Shown: piece after piece, positions 31,400-40,224 of the stretch
Position numbering within the stretch: position 1 is the stretch's first letter
Layout of the letters: every line of letters begins with the position of its first letter
NCBI GenBank assembly: GCA_049651825.1
Contig: JBASCV010000169.1
Location: 1 to 48,440 of the forward strand
DNA: 48,440 nt
Source: Bacteroidia bacterium
GTDB lineage: Bacteria; Bacteroidota; Bacteroidia; 2-12-FULL-35-15
Direction: 5' to 3'
Position numbers and translations under genes: made by a program
Notes under the pieces: generated by a model
What the model saw: only the letters and a program-made list of their open reading frames with translations
The model's database searches: none
What the model was told of the DNA's origin: nothing

Positions 31400-31603
31400 T
31401 TAATTGTTTTCTGTGTTATTGGGTTGAAAGAGGTTTAACAATAAGCTTCCCATAATGCTTCCATATAATGTGCTATTTATGGGGTTAGAGGTAATTGCAC
31501 AAGTACCAGAGGCGCAACCCCAAAAATAATAATACAAATAGCCCGCAATTGCTCCAAAACCAAGCCCTAAAAGGGTTAATCGGTGTTTTTTTATGGTTTT
31601 CAT
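31400..31603 (-). CDS. Small two-TM membrane protein with GCASGTCAI motif (DUF6132-like)
   Basis: 67 aa, hydrophobic, with a conserved-looking Cys pair. Family name is from memory only. Confidence 0.5.
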   Translation of the reverse strand: MKTIKKHRLTLLGLGFGAIAGYLYYYFWGCASGTCAITSNPINSTLYGSIMGSLLLNLFQPNNTENN

Positions 31604-31636
31604 TGATGGTGTTTTATATGTAAAATAAAAACGAGT

Positions 31637-31846
31637 TTATTTTTCACTTTTTTTAAGAGTGCTTAAGCCTAAAGGTAAATACAGTGGACAAAAACCTAGT
31701 ACACTGGTTAAAATAAATATGGCCGAAAAGATTAATAGCACTATTGCTAAGGTACCGGAAATAAATCCCATAAAATAACTTGCAATAACAACAATAGCAG
31801 CAAGTACTCTTAGCACCCTATCTGCAACTCCCATGTTTTTTTTCAT
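31637..31846 (-). CDS. DUF2892 (YgaP-like transmembrane domain) protein
   Basis: 69 aa. The pattern GVADRVLRVLAAIV...GFCPLY is characteristic of the DUF2892 family. Confidence 0.7.
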   Translation of the reverse strand: MKKNMGVADRVLRVLAAIVVIASYFMGFISGTLAIVLLIFSAIFILTSVLGFCPLYLPLGLSTLKKSEK

Positions 31847-31934
31847 TGTGTTTGAATGTTAGTTAATTACCAATTTATGAATACAAAGATGAAACATTAA
31901 AACACAACAAACGGTAACTTTTGTTACATAGCGG

Positions 31935-31987
31935 AATAAAAAAAGCTGCGCCTAAAAAGTGTTATAAAAACAACTTTTTAGGCGCAG
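31935..31987 (-). terminator. Intrinsic terminator after the SPFH gene
   Basis: Perfect 15-bp stem CTGCGCCTAAAAAGT / ACTTTTTAGGCGCAG (31946-31960 / 31973-31987). On the minus strand it is followed by CTTTTTTTATT. Confidence 0.7.
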
Positions 31988-32013
31988 ATAATGTTATAAA
32001 GCGAGTGTTTCTT

Positions 32014-32970
32014 TTATTCTGTTGGAGGGGTTGTGTTTTTCTTATTTCCCGTACTCATTAAAGAGTTCATTGCCATCATTTCTCTCATTGTTTTTTGCAT
32101 TCCATCGCTTGAACCATCAAGGAATATAACATTTCCAGAACCATATTCTGCGAAATTTTTGATTGCTTCAGTCCACATTGAAAACAGAATTACCGATGTG
32201 TCCATATTGGCTTGCTCCATTTCTTTTGCCGCTTCACTCATCCCTTTTGCAACCTCTTGACGGAACAAAGCAACCCCTTGTCCGCGTAATTGAGCCGCTT
32301 CTTTTTCGGCTGTTGCCGAAATGCGCGTTGCATTACCATCGGCCTCAGCAGCTTTGGTTTTGGTAATTAATAATGCTTGTCCTTCATTTTCTGCTGCAGC
32401 TTTTAAGTTGTTTGAAGCCACCACTTTCGACATGGAAAGCATGATTGCTTCATCGAATGTAATATCGTTTAATTGCAAATCTTGTAGGTGAAAACCCCAA
32501 TCTTCAAGTATTATATCTATTTGTTCTTTAACGTGTTCTGTAATGTCTTTTCTTAAACCTAACACTTCAGCCTGTTTTTTTGTAGCTACATAGCCTCTGA
32601 TAGACCCCTCTATTGTACGCACTAAGGTTTGCATAAACGATCTATCGTCAATAAACTTAAATGCAACGTTTTTAATGGTGTTTTCTTGCTGATCCAAAAC
32701 AGAGTATAACAACATCGCCTTAAAATAAACATTTGCTTGGTCGATTGTAATTGCCTGAAACTCAAGTTCAACGGAGCGATTTTGAATAGAAACTCGTTTA
32801 TAAATACTTTCAATAAACGGAATTTTCATGTTTAATCCAGGTCCGATAATTCTACGGTATTTACCAAATACAGTAATAACCGCAATATATCCTTGTTGAA
32901 CAGTTACAAAGGATAAAAACAATAAGAATAAAAAGAATACGCCTAAAATAAGTGGTACAATTGGTGCCAT
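32014..32970 (-). CDS. SPFH/Band-7 (stomatin/prohibitin-like) domain protein
   Basis: N-terminal TM helix followed by GYIAVITVFGKYRRIIGPGLNMKIPFIE and an Ala/Glu-rich coiled region. ATG 32970 is preferred over the TTG at 33000 used in the track. Confidence 0.85.
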   Translation of the reverse strand: MAPIVPLILGVFFLFLLFLSFVTVQQGYIAVITVFGKYRRIIGPGLNMKIPFIESIYKRVSIQNRSVELEFQAITIDQANVYFKAMLLYSVLDQQENTIKNVAFKFIDDRSFMQTLVRTIEGSIRGYVATKKQAEVLGLRKDITEHVKEQIDIILEDWGFHLQDLQLNDITFDEAIMLSMSKVVASNNLKAAAENEGQALLITKTKAAEADGNATRISATAEKEAAQLRGQGVALFRQEVAKGMSEAAKEMEQANMDTSVILFSMWTEAIKNFAEYGSGNVIFLDGSSDGMQKTMREMMAMNSLMSTGNKKNTTPPTE

Positions 32971-33057
32971 AGTTTTTTGTGTTTTAGTTGGTTTTTGCAA
33001 AGGTATTTAAAATAAAATAGCCCAACAGGTAATATTTTTAACCGAAAACAAAGATTT

Positions 33058-33090
33058 CTTGCATTTTCAGTAGAATTTTAATTATCTTTG
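33058..33090 (+). promoter_or_regulatory. Candidate Bacteroidota-type promoter for tRNA-Arg
   Basis: TATCTTTG (33083-33090) fits the TAnnTTTG -7 box, with CTTG about 21 nt upstream as a weak -33 element. It lies 21 nt before the mature tRNA 5' end. Confidence 0.35.
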
Positions 33091-33111
33091 CACCCTCATT
33101 TATGAGAACAT

Positions 33112-33185
33112 GGTTTCGTAGCTCAACTGAATAGAGCATCTGACTACGGATCAGAAGGTTAGGGGTTTGAATCCCTTCGAGACCA
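33112..33185 (+). tRNA. tRNA-Arg (anticodon ACG)
   Basis: Manual 74-nt cloverleaf: acceptor GGTTTCG/CGAGACC, D arm GCTC-AACTGAATA-GAGC, anticodon arm TCTGA-CTACGGA-TCAGA, variable AGGTT, T arm AGGGG-TTTGAAT-CCCTT, discriminator A. CCA is not encoded. Confidence 0.88.
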
Positions 33186-33190
33186 CTTCT

Positions 33191-33230
33191 AGGGAAGAGA
33201 ATTGATTTTTCAGTTTTTCTTCCCTTTTTT
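33191..33230 (+). terminator. Putative terminator after tRNA-Arg
   Basis: Stem AGGGAAGA / TCTTCCCT with a long 19-nt loop, followed by TTTTT. Confidence 0.5.
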
Positions 33231-33352
33231 ATTTACTTATCCATTTGTAAGTTCTGCTTTTTTGTAGATTCTTCTCTATTTTCGATTTCTCTATTTTTTG
33301 TCTTCCAAATTAGCACTTCTGAATCTTATTTTAATGTGAAACAAAACTAAAT

Positions 33353-33369
33353 ATCTCACAAAATGAGAT
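33353..33369. promoter_or_regulatory. Palindrome ATCTCA-N5-TGAGAT upstream of the XRE gene (candidate operator)
   Basis: Perfect 6-bp arms 48-64 nt upstream of the XRE ATG. A near-consensus -7 box TATATTTA lies at 33388-33395. Confidence 0.3.
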
Positions 33370-33416
33370 GACTTTTAAGAATAATGCTATATTTATCCTG
33401 TACAAGATCAATTAAA

Positions 33417-33602
33417 ATGAACCGAATAAAAGAGGTGCTGGAAGAAAAGGGCTTAACTCAAACTTGGTTATCGGAAAAATTAGGAAAGAGTTACAACATG
33501 GTAAACTCGTATGTTCAAAACAGAAGGCAACCAAGTATTGAAATATTGTTTGATATAGCAACGCTTTTAAAAGTAAGTCCAAGGGAATTATTAAGTAAGT
33601 AG
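33417..33602 (+). CDS. XRE-family helix-turn-helix transcriptional regulator (candidate R-M controller protein)
   Basis: 61 aa from the internal ATG. The pattern KGLTQTWLSEKLGKSYNMVNSYVQNRRQPSIEILFDIATLL is a classic HTH_3 pattern. It lies directly upstream of hsdR. Confidence 0.8.
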   Translation: MNRIKEVLEEKGLTQTWLSEKLGKSYNMVNSYVQNRRQPSIEILFDIATLLKVSPRELLSK

Positions 33603-33603
33603 T

Positions 33604-33689
33604 ATGAAATAGCCATGTTACCAATAAAGCCAAATCAAATAAATAAAACATGGTTATACCATACGACCATGAAAGCATTATAATTGCGT
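33604..33689 (+). promoter_or_regulatory. Leader element copy C: minimal ORF plus a 22-codon upstream ORF between the XRE gene and hsdR
   Basis: It starts 1 nt after the XRE stop with ATGAAATAGCCATGTT, identical to the first 16 nt of copies A and B. The uORF at 33615-33683 encodes MLPIKPNQINKTWLYHTTMKAL, and its stop lies 6 nt before the hsdR ATG. Confidence 0.55.
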
Positions 33690-36600
33690 ATGAAATTTAA
33701 CGAAGACTCAAGAGTAAAAATACCAGCGCTACTGCATCTAACGAGATTGGGATATTCCTATATTTCTCGTAAAGAACATTTTAGGAGAAATGAAGAATGT
33801 AATATTTTCCCAGAGTTATTTTTAGCTTCAATTTCAAAAATTAATCCCGGTGTTGCAACAAATGAAATAGAAAAACTATTAGAGGAATTAATTCTAAAAT
33901 TGGATTATGATGACTTAGGGAAAGCTTTTTATAACGAGTTAACTAAATCATCAGGTATTAAATTAATCGACTTTCAGAATTTTCAGAACAACTCATTTCA
34001 TGTTACAACGGAACTCACTTGCAAAAATGGTGATGAAGAATTTAGGCCTGATATAACTGTTCTTATTAATGGAATGCCGCTTGTTTTTATAGAAGTAAAA
34101 AAGCCCAATAATAAAGAAGGTGTGATTGCAGAACGTAACCGAATAAATGCTCGCTACCAAAACAGAAAGTTCAAACGCTTCGCAAATATTACACAGTTGA
34201 TGATATTCTCCAATAACATGAACTATGAGGACGGAGTAGTAGAGCCTTTAATGGGGGCTTTTTATGCAACATCATCATTAAAAGATTTACATTTCAATTA
34301 TTTTAGAGAAGAAGAGAATCTGAATCTCACCTATTTACTAGCTTCTGAAAATGATGCTATTGAAAACACTGTTTTAAAAGATAACAATGTTGAAGTGATT
34401 AAGCACTCTCCTGAATTTCAGCAAAACAAACATTACAATACACCAACAAATAATATCATCACTTCTCTATTAAGTAAAGATCGTTTAGCGTTTATGCTCA
34501 ATTATTCCATTGCTTATGTGGAGGAAGAAGTGAATGGCAAGAAAGAATTGCAAAAGCATATCATGCGTTATCCGCAGATTTTTGCATGTAGAGCCATTGA
34601 AAGAAAATTAGATGAAGGTGTTAAAAAGGGAATTATATGGCACACGCAAGGATCTGGCAAAACAGCTCTTGCTTATTATAATGTAAAGTTCTTGACCAAC
34701 TATTATCAAAAGAAAAACATTATACCTAAATTCTATTTTATTGTAGATCGTATTGACTTGGCTATACAAGCGAGTTCTGAATTTGCCAATCGTGGTTTGA
34801 GAGTCAATAGAGTTAATTCAAAATCCGATTTTGTTAGCGACTTGCAAACTCTTGGCGCTATTCATAATGACAGCGGTCAAGCAGAAATTACCGTTATCAA
34901 TATTCAAAAGTTTAGTGAGGAAGCGGTTGTATTAAAGGACATTAATTACGATCTCAATATTCAACGTATTTATTTCTTGGATGAAGCTCACCGTTCTTAC
35001 AATCCTAAAGGTAATTACTTAGCCAACTTAATTAATTCAGATAAAAGCGCCATTAAAATAGCCTTAACAGGAACACCATTATTGAAACAGGTAATTGGTG
35101 AATATGATAGCAAGGCTTTATTTGGAGATTATATTCATAAATACTATTACAACCGTTCTATTGCCGATGGTTATACCTTACGTTTAATACGTGAAGGAAT
35201 AGACACCAATTACAAAATGAAGATGAAGGAAATCCTTTCTCAGATTGATGTATTAAAAGGTGATGTTGAGAAGAAGTTGGTTTATGCTCATCCTAAATAT
35301 GTAGAACCATTACTTGATTACATATTGGAGGATTTGTACCGCTTTAGAAGTACAGAAGCTGACGACTCCTTAGGCGGGATGGTTGTTTGTGATTCTTCTG
35401 AACAAGCAAAAGCTTTATTTGAGCAATTTGAAAAGCGTTTTGGCATTCAGGAAACAGAAGCTGTAAATTTGAGTATGGCAGCCGAACCGCTTGTTATATA
35501 CGGACAACCTCGCCAGAAATTACGCGCTGCTATCATTTTGCACGATGTGAATGATAAGGACATCCGTAAGGATTTAATTGATGCTTTCAAAAAAGGAAAG
35601 ATAGATGTACTGTTTGTATTTAATATGCTTTTAACGGGCTTTGATGCTAAACGTTTGAAGAAGCTATATCTTACCCGTATTATAAAAGATCATAATTTAT
35701 TACAAACACTTACCAGAGTTAATAGACCTTATAAACATTACAAATTTGGCTATGTGGTAGATTTTGCCGACATCACTTCTGCTTTTGATCGCACTAACAA
35801 ATTATACTTTGACGAATTGCAAACAGAACTAGGCTCAGATATTGAGGGTTATAGTATGCTGTTTAAATCGGCTGAAGAAATTGAACAAGACATTCAAAAA
35901 ATACGAGAAACACTATTTCAGTACGATACATTGAATGCCGAAAACTTTAGCCAACAAGTTAGCGAGATACGTGATAAAAAAATACTTAACGAAATTATAA
36001 AAGCTTTACGCACAGCTAAAGAATTAAAGAACATTATTCGACTGGAAGGTTATGATGACCTTTTGCAAAAAATGGACTTCTTTAAATTAAATCAGTTGTT
36101 AAATGTGGCGGAGGCTCGGTTAGGAATGATTAATAGCGTAGATGCCATTCAAAATAGTACCGATACAACCAGCTTGATTAATACGGCTTTAGAAGATATT
36201 TACTTTGTATTCACTAAAATATCAGAAAGTGAGTTAATATTAGCTGATGAATTAAAAAGCTGGCTTCGTAAAACACGCGAGGGCATGCAAGATAATTTCG
36301 ATCAGCAAGACCCTCGCTTTATTTCTCTGAAAGAAGAACTGGAACGCATCTTCAAAAAGAAAAACATGGAAGAAGTAACTCAGGAAGAGATGAGAGACAA
36401 CATAGTTCTTCTGAAATCCATTTACGAGCGAGTGCGTGAATTGAATCGTCAGAATGATTTACTGAAAGCGAAATATCAGCAAGATGAAAAATATGTGCGC
36501 ATCCACAAACGATTGAAAGAACAAAGCACATTAAGTTTAAAAGAAATAGAGCTATATGAAGCTTTACAACATTTGAAACTGAATACTGATGAGCAACTCA

Positions 36601-36776
36601 TGAACAATAACCGTTTAGTAGAAAACGAAAGTTATTTTGAGGAGTACATCATGCAAATGCTTGTTAGAGAACTAAAACAGGAGAAAAAAATAAATCTTGA
36701 TTTTAATACAGCACAAGCCATTAACACATTAATTGTAAACGAGTATTTAACTCAATATAACGGAAGAAGGGTATGA
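33690..36776 (+). CDS. hsdR: Type I restriction enzyme, R subunit
   Basis: N-terminal nuclease motif RPDITVLINGMPLVFIEVKK and helicase motifs GSGKT (I), DEAH (II) and TRVNR (VI). ATG 33690 is preferred over the TTG at 33684. A 4-nt ATGA overlap links it to hsdM. Confidence 0.93.
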   Translation: MKFNEDSRVKIPALLHLTRLGYSYISRKEHFRRNEECNIFPELFLASISKINPGVATNEIEKLLEELILKLDYDDLGKAFYNELTKSSGIKLIDFQNFQNNSFHVTTELTCKNGDEEFRPDITVLINGMPLVFIEVKKPNNKEGVIAERNRINARYQNRKFKRFANITQLMIFSNNMNYEDGVVEPLMGAFYATSSLKDLHFNYFREEENLNLTYLLASENDAIENTVLKDNNVEVIKHSPEFQQNKHYNTPTNNIITSLLSKDRLAFMLNYSIAYVEEEVNGKKELQKHIMRYPQIFACRAIERKLDEGVKKGIIWHTQGSGKTALAYYNVKFLTNYYQKKNIIPKFYFIVDRIDLAIQASSEFANRGLRVNRVNSKSDFVSDLQTLGAIHNDSGQAEITVINIQKFSEEAVVLKDINYDLNIQRIYFLDEAHRSYNPKGNYLANLINSDKSAIKIALTGTPLLKQVIGEYDSKALFGDYIHKYYYNRSIADGYTLRLIREGIDTNYKMKMKEILSQIDVLKGDVEKKLVYAHPKYVEPLLDYILEDLYRFRSTEADDSLGGMVVCDSSEQAKALFEQFEKRFGIQETEAVNLSMAAEPLVIYGQPRQKLRAAIILHDVNDKDIRKDLIDAFKKGKIDVLFVFNMLLTGFDAKRLKKLYLTRIIKDHNLLQTLTRVNRPYKHYKFGYVVDFADITSAFDRTNKLYFDELQTELGSDIEGYSMLFKSAEEIEQDIQKIRETLFQYDTLNAENFSQQVSEIRDKKILNEIIKALRTAKELKNIIRLEGYDDLLQKMDFFKLNQLLNVAEARLGMINSVDAIQNSTDTTSLINTALEDIYFVFTKISESELILADELKSWLRKTREGMQDNFDQQDPRFISLKEELERIFKKKNMEEVTQEEMRDNIVLLKSIYERVRELNRQNDLLKAKYQQDEKYVRIHKRLKEQSTLSLKEIELYEALQHLKLNTDEQLMNNNRLVENESYFEEYIMQMLVRELKQEKKINLDFNTAQAINTLIVNEYLTQYNGRRV

Positions 36777-38392
36777 CCAAACATTTAGAATTTATAACAC
36801 AAACCAAATCACTGATTGATAGTTTAAAGAGTGTTTGTGCCAATTACGGACTAGGTAATGATGGAAACGAATTCAAAATCATTACGCAAATGTTCTTGTA
36901 CAAGTTCATGAATGATAAGTTCAGTTTTGAAGCCAAGAAAAATGAACCAAAATTGGCTAAGGCGAAGAACTTTCAGGAAGCATTGGAAAAGCTGAAAAAG
37001 GATGAGTACAAATTTTTATTGGCAGCCAATGGGCCTGATATCCCAAAATTGTATGCCAACCACACCATTACGCATTTATACAACAGCCAAACACAACCCG
37101 ATTTTGCAGTACTGTTTGATGACACTTTGCGTGCCATAAGCATTAATAATACTGACATTTTTTCTGTAAAATCATCCAGTGGTTCTAAGGACAAAATGTT
37201 TGATGAGTTGAGTCAATTTATTTCCGATTCTTCTCAGCGCGATGCGTTTTGCCGTGCGCTTATTAATAAACTGTTCGAATTTAGTTTCGAAAACATGTTT
37301 GGCGAGAAGTATGATTTTTTTGCCACCATTTTTGAATACCTCATAAAAGATTACAATACCGATAGTGGCGGAAAGTATGCTGAGTATTACACACCACATG
37401 CCGTAGCTCGTATTATGGCTGCTATTATGGTTCCTGAAAAAGTAAAACGTGTAACTTGTTATGATCCAAGTGCAGGATCGGGAACACTATTAATGAACTT
37501 AGCGCATGCCATTGGCGAAAAGAATTGCAGCATTTATTCTGAAGATATTTCTCAAAAATCATCGAGTATGTTGCGATTAAATTTGGTCTTAAACAATTTA
37601 TCGCATTCTATCCCAAACATTATTAAAACCAACACTATTGCCGAACCATATTATTTAGATAAGAAATTTGATTACATCGTTTCTAATCCCCCATTTAAAT
37701 TAGATTTCTCCGATTTTAGAGATCAACTAGAGAAAGATAGTTTTAAAGAACGTTTTTTTGCGGGTATACCAAACGTGCCAAAAAACAAAAAGGAAAGCAT
37801 GGCAATTTATGTGTTGTTTATACAGCACATTATGTATAGCCTGAGTGATAAAGGAAAAGCCGCCATTGTATTACCTACAGGTTTTATTACCGCACAAAGT
37901 GGTATAGAACGTAAAATACGTGAGCAATTAATAGAAAGAGGTTGGTTGCGTGGTGTGGTGAGTATGCCGAGTAATATTTTTGCGAGTACAGGTACAAATG
38001 TTAGCGTGTTATTTATTGACCGAAAAGCGGATAACGAACACATTGTGCTGGTTGATGCAAGCAAATTAGGTGAAACCATTAAAGATGGTAAGAACCAACG
38101 CACCGTGCTAAGAGAGAAAGAAGAACAACGCATTATAGATGCAATGAACTTAAAAAAGGCGGAAGATGATTTTAGTGTAGTGGTAACACAAGATGACATT
38201 CGCGATAAAAACTACAGCTTTAGTGCTGGGCAATATTTTGAAGTGAAGATTGAATACTCTGAAATAACGCCAAATGAGTTCGCAAAGAAAATGGAAAACT
38301 ATAAGTCCAATTTAGATAACTTATTTTCTGAATCTAAAAAGTTGGAGAAAGAAATTCAGAAACAGTTGGAGGGATTGAAGTATGAAGCTTAA
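36773..38392 (+). CDS. hsdM: Type I restriction-modification N6-adenine DNA methyltransferase, M subunit
   Basis: 539 aa with the AdoMet motif DPSAGSGTLL, the catalytic motif NPPF and an EYYTP segment. Confidence 0.93.
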   Translation: MTKHLEFITQTKSLIDSLKSVCANYGLGNDGNEFKIITQMFLYKFMNDKFSFEAKKNEPKLAKAKNFQEALEKLKKDEYKFLLAANGPDIPKLYANHTITHLYNSQTQPDFAVLFDDTLRAISINNTDIFSVKSSSGSKDKMFDELSQFISDSSQRDAFCRALINKLFEFSFENMFGEKYDFFATIFEYLIKDYNTDSGGKYAEYYTPHAVARIMAAIMVPEKVKRVTCYDPSAGSGTLLMNLAHAIGEKNCSIYSEDISQKSSSMLRLNLVLNNLSHSIPNIIKTNTIAEPYYLDKKFDYIVSNPPFKLDFSDFRDQLEKDSFKERFFAGIPNVPKNKKESMAIYVLFIQHIMYSLSDKGKAAIVLPTGFITAQSGIERKIREQLIERGWLRGVVSMPSNIFASTGTNVSVLFIDRKADNEHIVLVDASKLGETIKDGKNQRTVLREKEEQRIIDAMNLKKAEDDFSVVVTQDDIRDKNYSFSAGQYFEVKIEYSEITPNEFAKKMENYKSNLDNLFSESKKLEKEIQKQLEGLKYEA

Positions 38393-39749
38393 TAGAACAA
38401 TTTTAAAAAACCTAACATTAAATATTACTGACGGAGAACATGGGTCTGTAATTGACGATGAAAACGGAAAATATTATCTATTAAGTAATAAAAACATTAT
38501 AAATGGCAAGATAAGTTATAACAATTCAGATAGGAAAATTTCTTCTTTATCTTTTGAAAAAATTAATAGGAGAACCAAACTAAAAAAAGGAGACGTAGTA
38601 ATTTCTACAGTTGGCACAATTGGGAAATCAGCAATAATTTCTGAAGACAATTTGTGTTATGATTTTCAGAGAAGCGTTGGTATCATAAAATGTGATGAGA
38701 CTAAATTATTACCTGACTATTTAAATTATTATTTTAAACAAGATTTTGTTCAAACTAGATTAAATTATCTTTCAAAAGGTGCAGTTCAAAAATGTCTTTT
38801 CATTGGTGATTTGAACTCGTTTGAAATAGATTACCCTAAAGATATTAAAATACAAAAAGGTATAACTGACATACTAGTTACTATAGACTCCAAAATCGAA
38901 CTCAACAATAAAATCAATGCTGAGTTAGAAGCCATGGCAAAAACCATTTACGATTATTGGTTTGTGCAATTTGATTTCCCAAATGCAAAAGGCAAGCCCT
39001 ATAAAAGCAGCGGTGGTAAAATGGTTTGGAATGAGGAGTTGAAGAGGGAAATACCAGTAGGATGGGAGGTTAAAGAGTTAGGTGATGTTATAAACATATT
39101 TGATTCTAAAAGAATACCACTTTCAAAACAACAAAGAGAGAATAGAAAAGGAAATATTCCGTATTACGGAGCCACTGGAGTAATGGACTTCGTAGATGAA
39201 GCTCTTTTTGATGATGAATTTATTTTAATTGCCGAGGATGGATCTGTAATGGATGAGAATGGTCTATTGATTGTGCAATTCATTTGGGGTAAAAGTTGGG
39301 TGAACAATCACGCACACGTAATTCAGGCTAAAGAAAAAAGACATAATGAATATGTTTTTTATCTCTCAAAAAAAATCCAAGCAGTTCAAATAATTACTGG
39401 GTCAATCCAGCTAAAAATAAATCAAGAAAACTTGAAAGGAGTAAAACTTCCATTTCCTCCAAAAAATATATTAGATAGTTTTTGTTCTCAAGCTGATTCA
39501 ATTAGAAAAACTTTGATTAATAACATTGAGCAAAACCAACAACTCGCTTCTCTTCGTGATTGGTTATTGCCAATGTTAATGAATGGGCAGGTGAAAGTTG
39601 GGGATGCTGAGAAGATGGTGGAGGAAAAGTTGAATATGGCTGCGGAGGCTAGAGAAGATTATTCAAATCACAAAGCAAGCAAAGAAAACGGTAAAAAGGT
39701 TAAGTCAAAAACGCTCAAGCTAAAAGCTTTAAATAATTTCAAACAGTAA
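38382..39749 (+). CDS. hsdS: Type I restriction-modification specificity subunit
   Basis: 455 aa with two target-recognition halves separated by the conserved helix ELEAMAKTIYDYWFVQFDFP. The C-terminal helix is LASLRDWLLPMLMNGQV. It overlaps hsdM by 11 nt. Confidence 0.9.
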   Translation: MKLNRTILKNLTLNITDGEHGSVIDDENGKYYLLSNKNIINGKISYNNSDRKISSLSFEKINRRTKLKKGDVVISTVGTIGKSAIISEDNLCYDFQRSVGIIKCDETKLLPDYLNYYFKQDFVQTRLNYLSKGAVQKCLFIGDLNSFEIDYPKDIKIQKGITDILVTIDSKIELNNKINAELEAMAKTIYDYWFVQFDFPNAKGKPYKSSGGKMVWNEELKREIPVGWEVKELGDVINIFDSKRIPLSKQQRENRKGNIPYYGATGVMDFVDEALFDDEFILIAEDGSVMDENGLLIVQFIWGKSWVNNHAHVIQAKEKRHNEYVFYLSKKIQAVQIITGSIQLKINQENLKGVKLPFPPKNILDSFCSQADSIRKTLINNIEQNQQLASLRDWLLPMLMNGQVKVGDAEKMVEEKLNMAAEAREDYSNHKASKENGKKVKSKTLKLKALNNFKQ

Positions 39750-40211
39750 ATGAAATACATGATTATTCGGGATTTTAAAAGAAAAATTTACCTGCTAATT
39801 AGTTCTATTTTGCTAATTTGCAGTTGCAATCTCCTAAGTCCAGGTATTTCACAGTTTGATCATTATTCTTATGTTCAAACTACTTCGGCAAAAGTTGATG
39901 TGCTGAATTTAATGAATTTGGCGAATGAAGATTATCAATTACATCAGAAAGAAATCAATGAGGTGAACACTACCGTTCAAAAAATTGTTGAATATGAAAA
40001 GCATCGACCAAAAAATGATATAACCATTCAGCAATGGGATATTCTCACAGATACAGCAAGGAATTTATATGGTGGTTTTATTGTAAAATGGAAAAGAGAA
40101 AATAGATTAAAAGAAGCCTATCTTACGGAAAAGAAGAAACAAATAGGCGCTGCTTTTGACCAAATCGCGGAGTTAGAAAGTAAGAAAATAAAACCGAAAG
40201 ATATAAAGTAA
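39750..40211 (+). CDS. Hypothetical lipoprotein translationally abutting hsdS
   Basis: The ATG follows the hsdS TAA with no spacer (TAAATG). It has a positively charged n-region, the hydrophobic core IYLLISSILLI and Cys residues (LICSC, lipobox-like). The mature part is helical and charged. No recognised family. Confidence 0.6.
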   Translation: MKYMIIRDFKRKIYLLISSILLICSCNLLSPGISQFDHYSYVQTTSAKVDVLNLMNLANEDYQLHQKEINEVNTTVQKIVEYEKHRPKNDITIQQWDILTDTARNLYGGFIVKWKRENRLKEAYLTEKKKQIGAAFDQIAELESKKIKPKDIK

Positions 40212-40224
40212 ATAAAGCCTGCCA

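Noticed and set aside
33412-33678. 88-aa minus-strand ORF across the XRE gene and leader element.
   Set aside because: It is antisense to a clear HTH gene. It has hydrophobic, low-complexity composition and no partner features.
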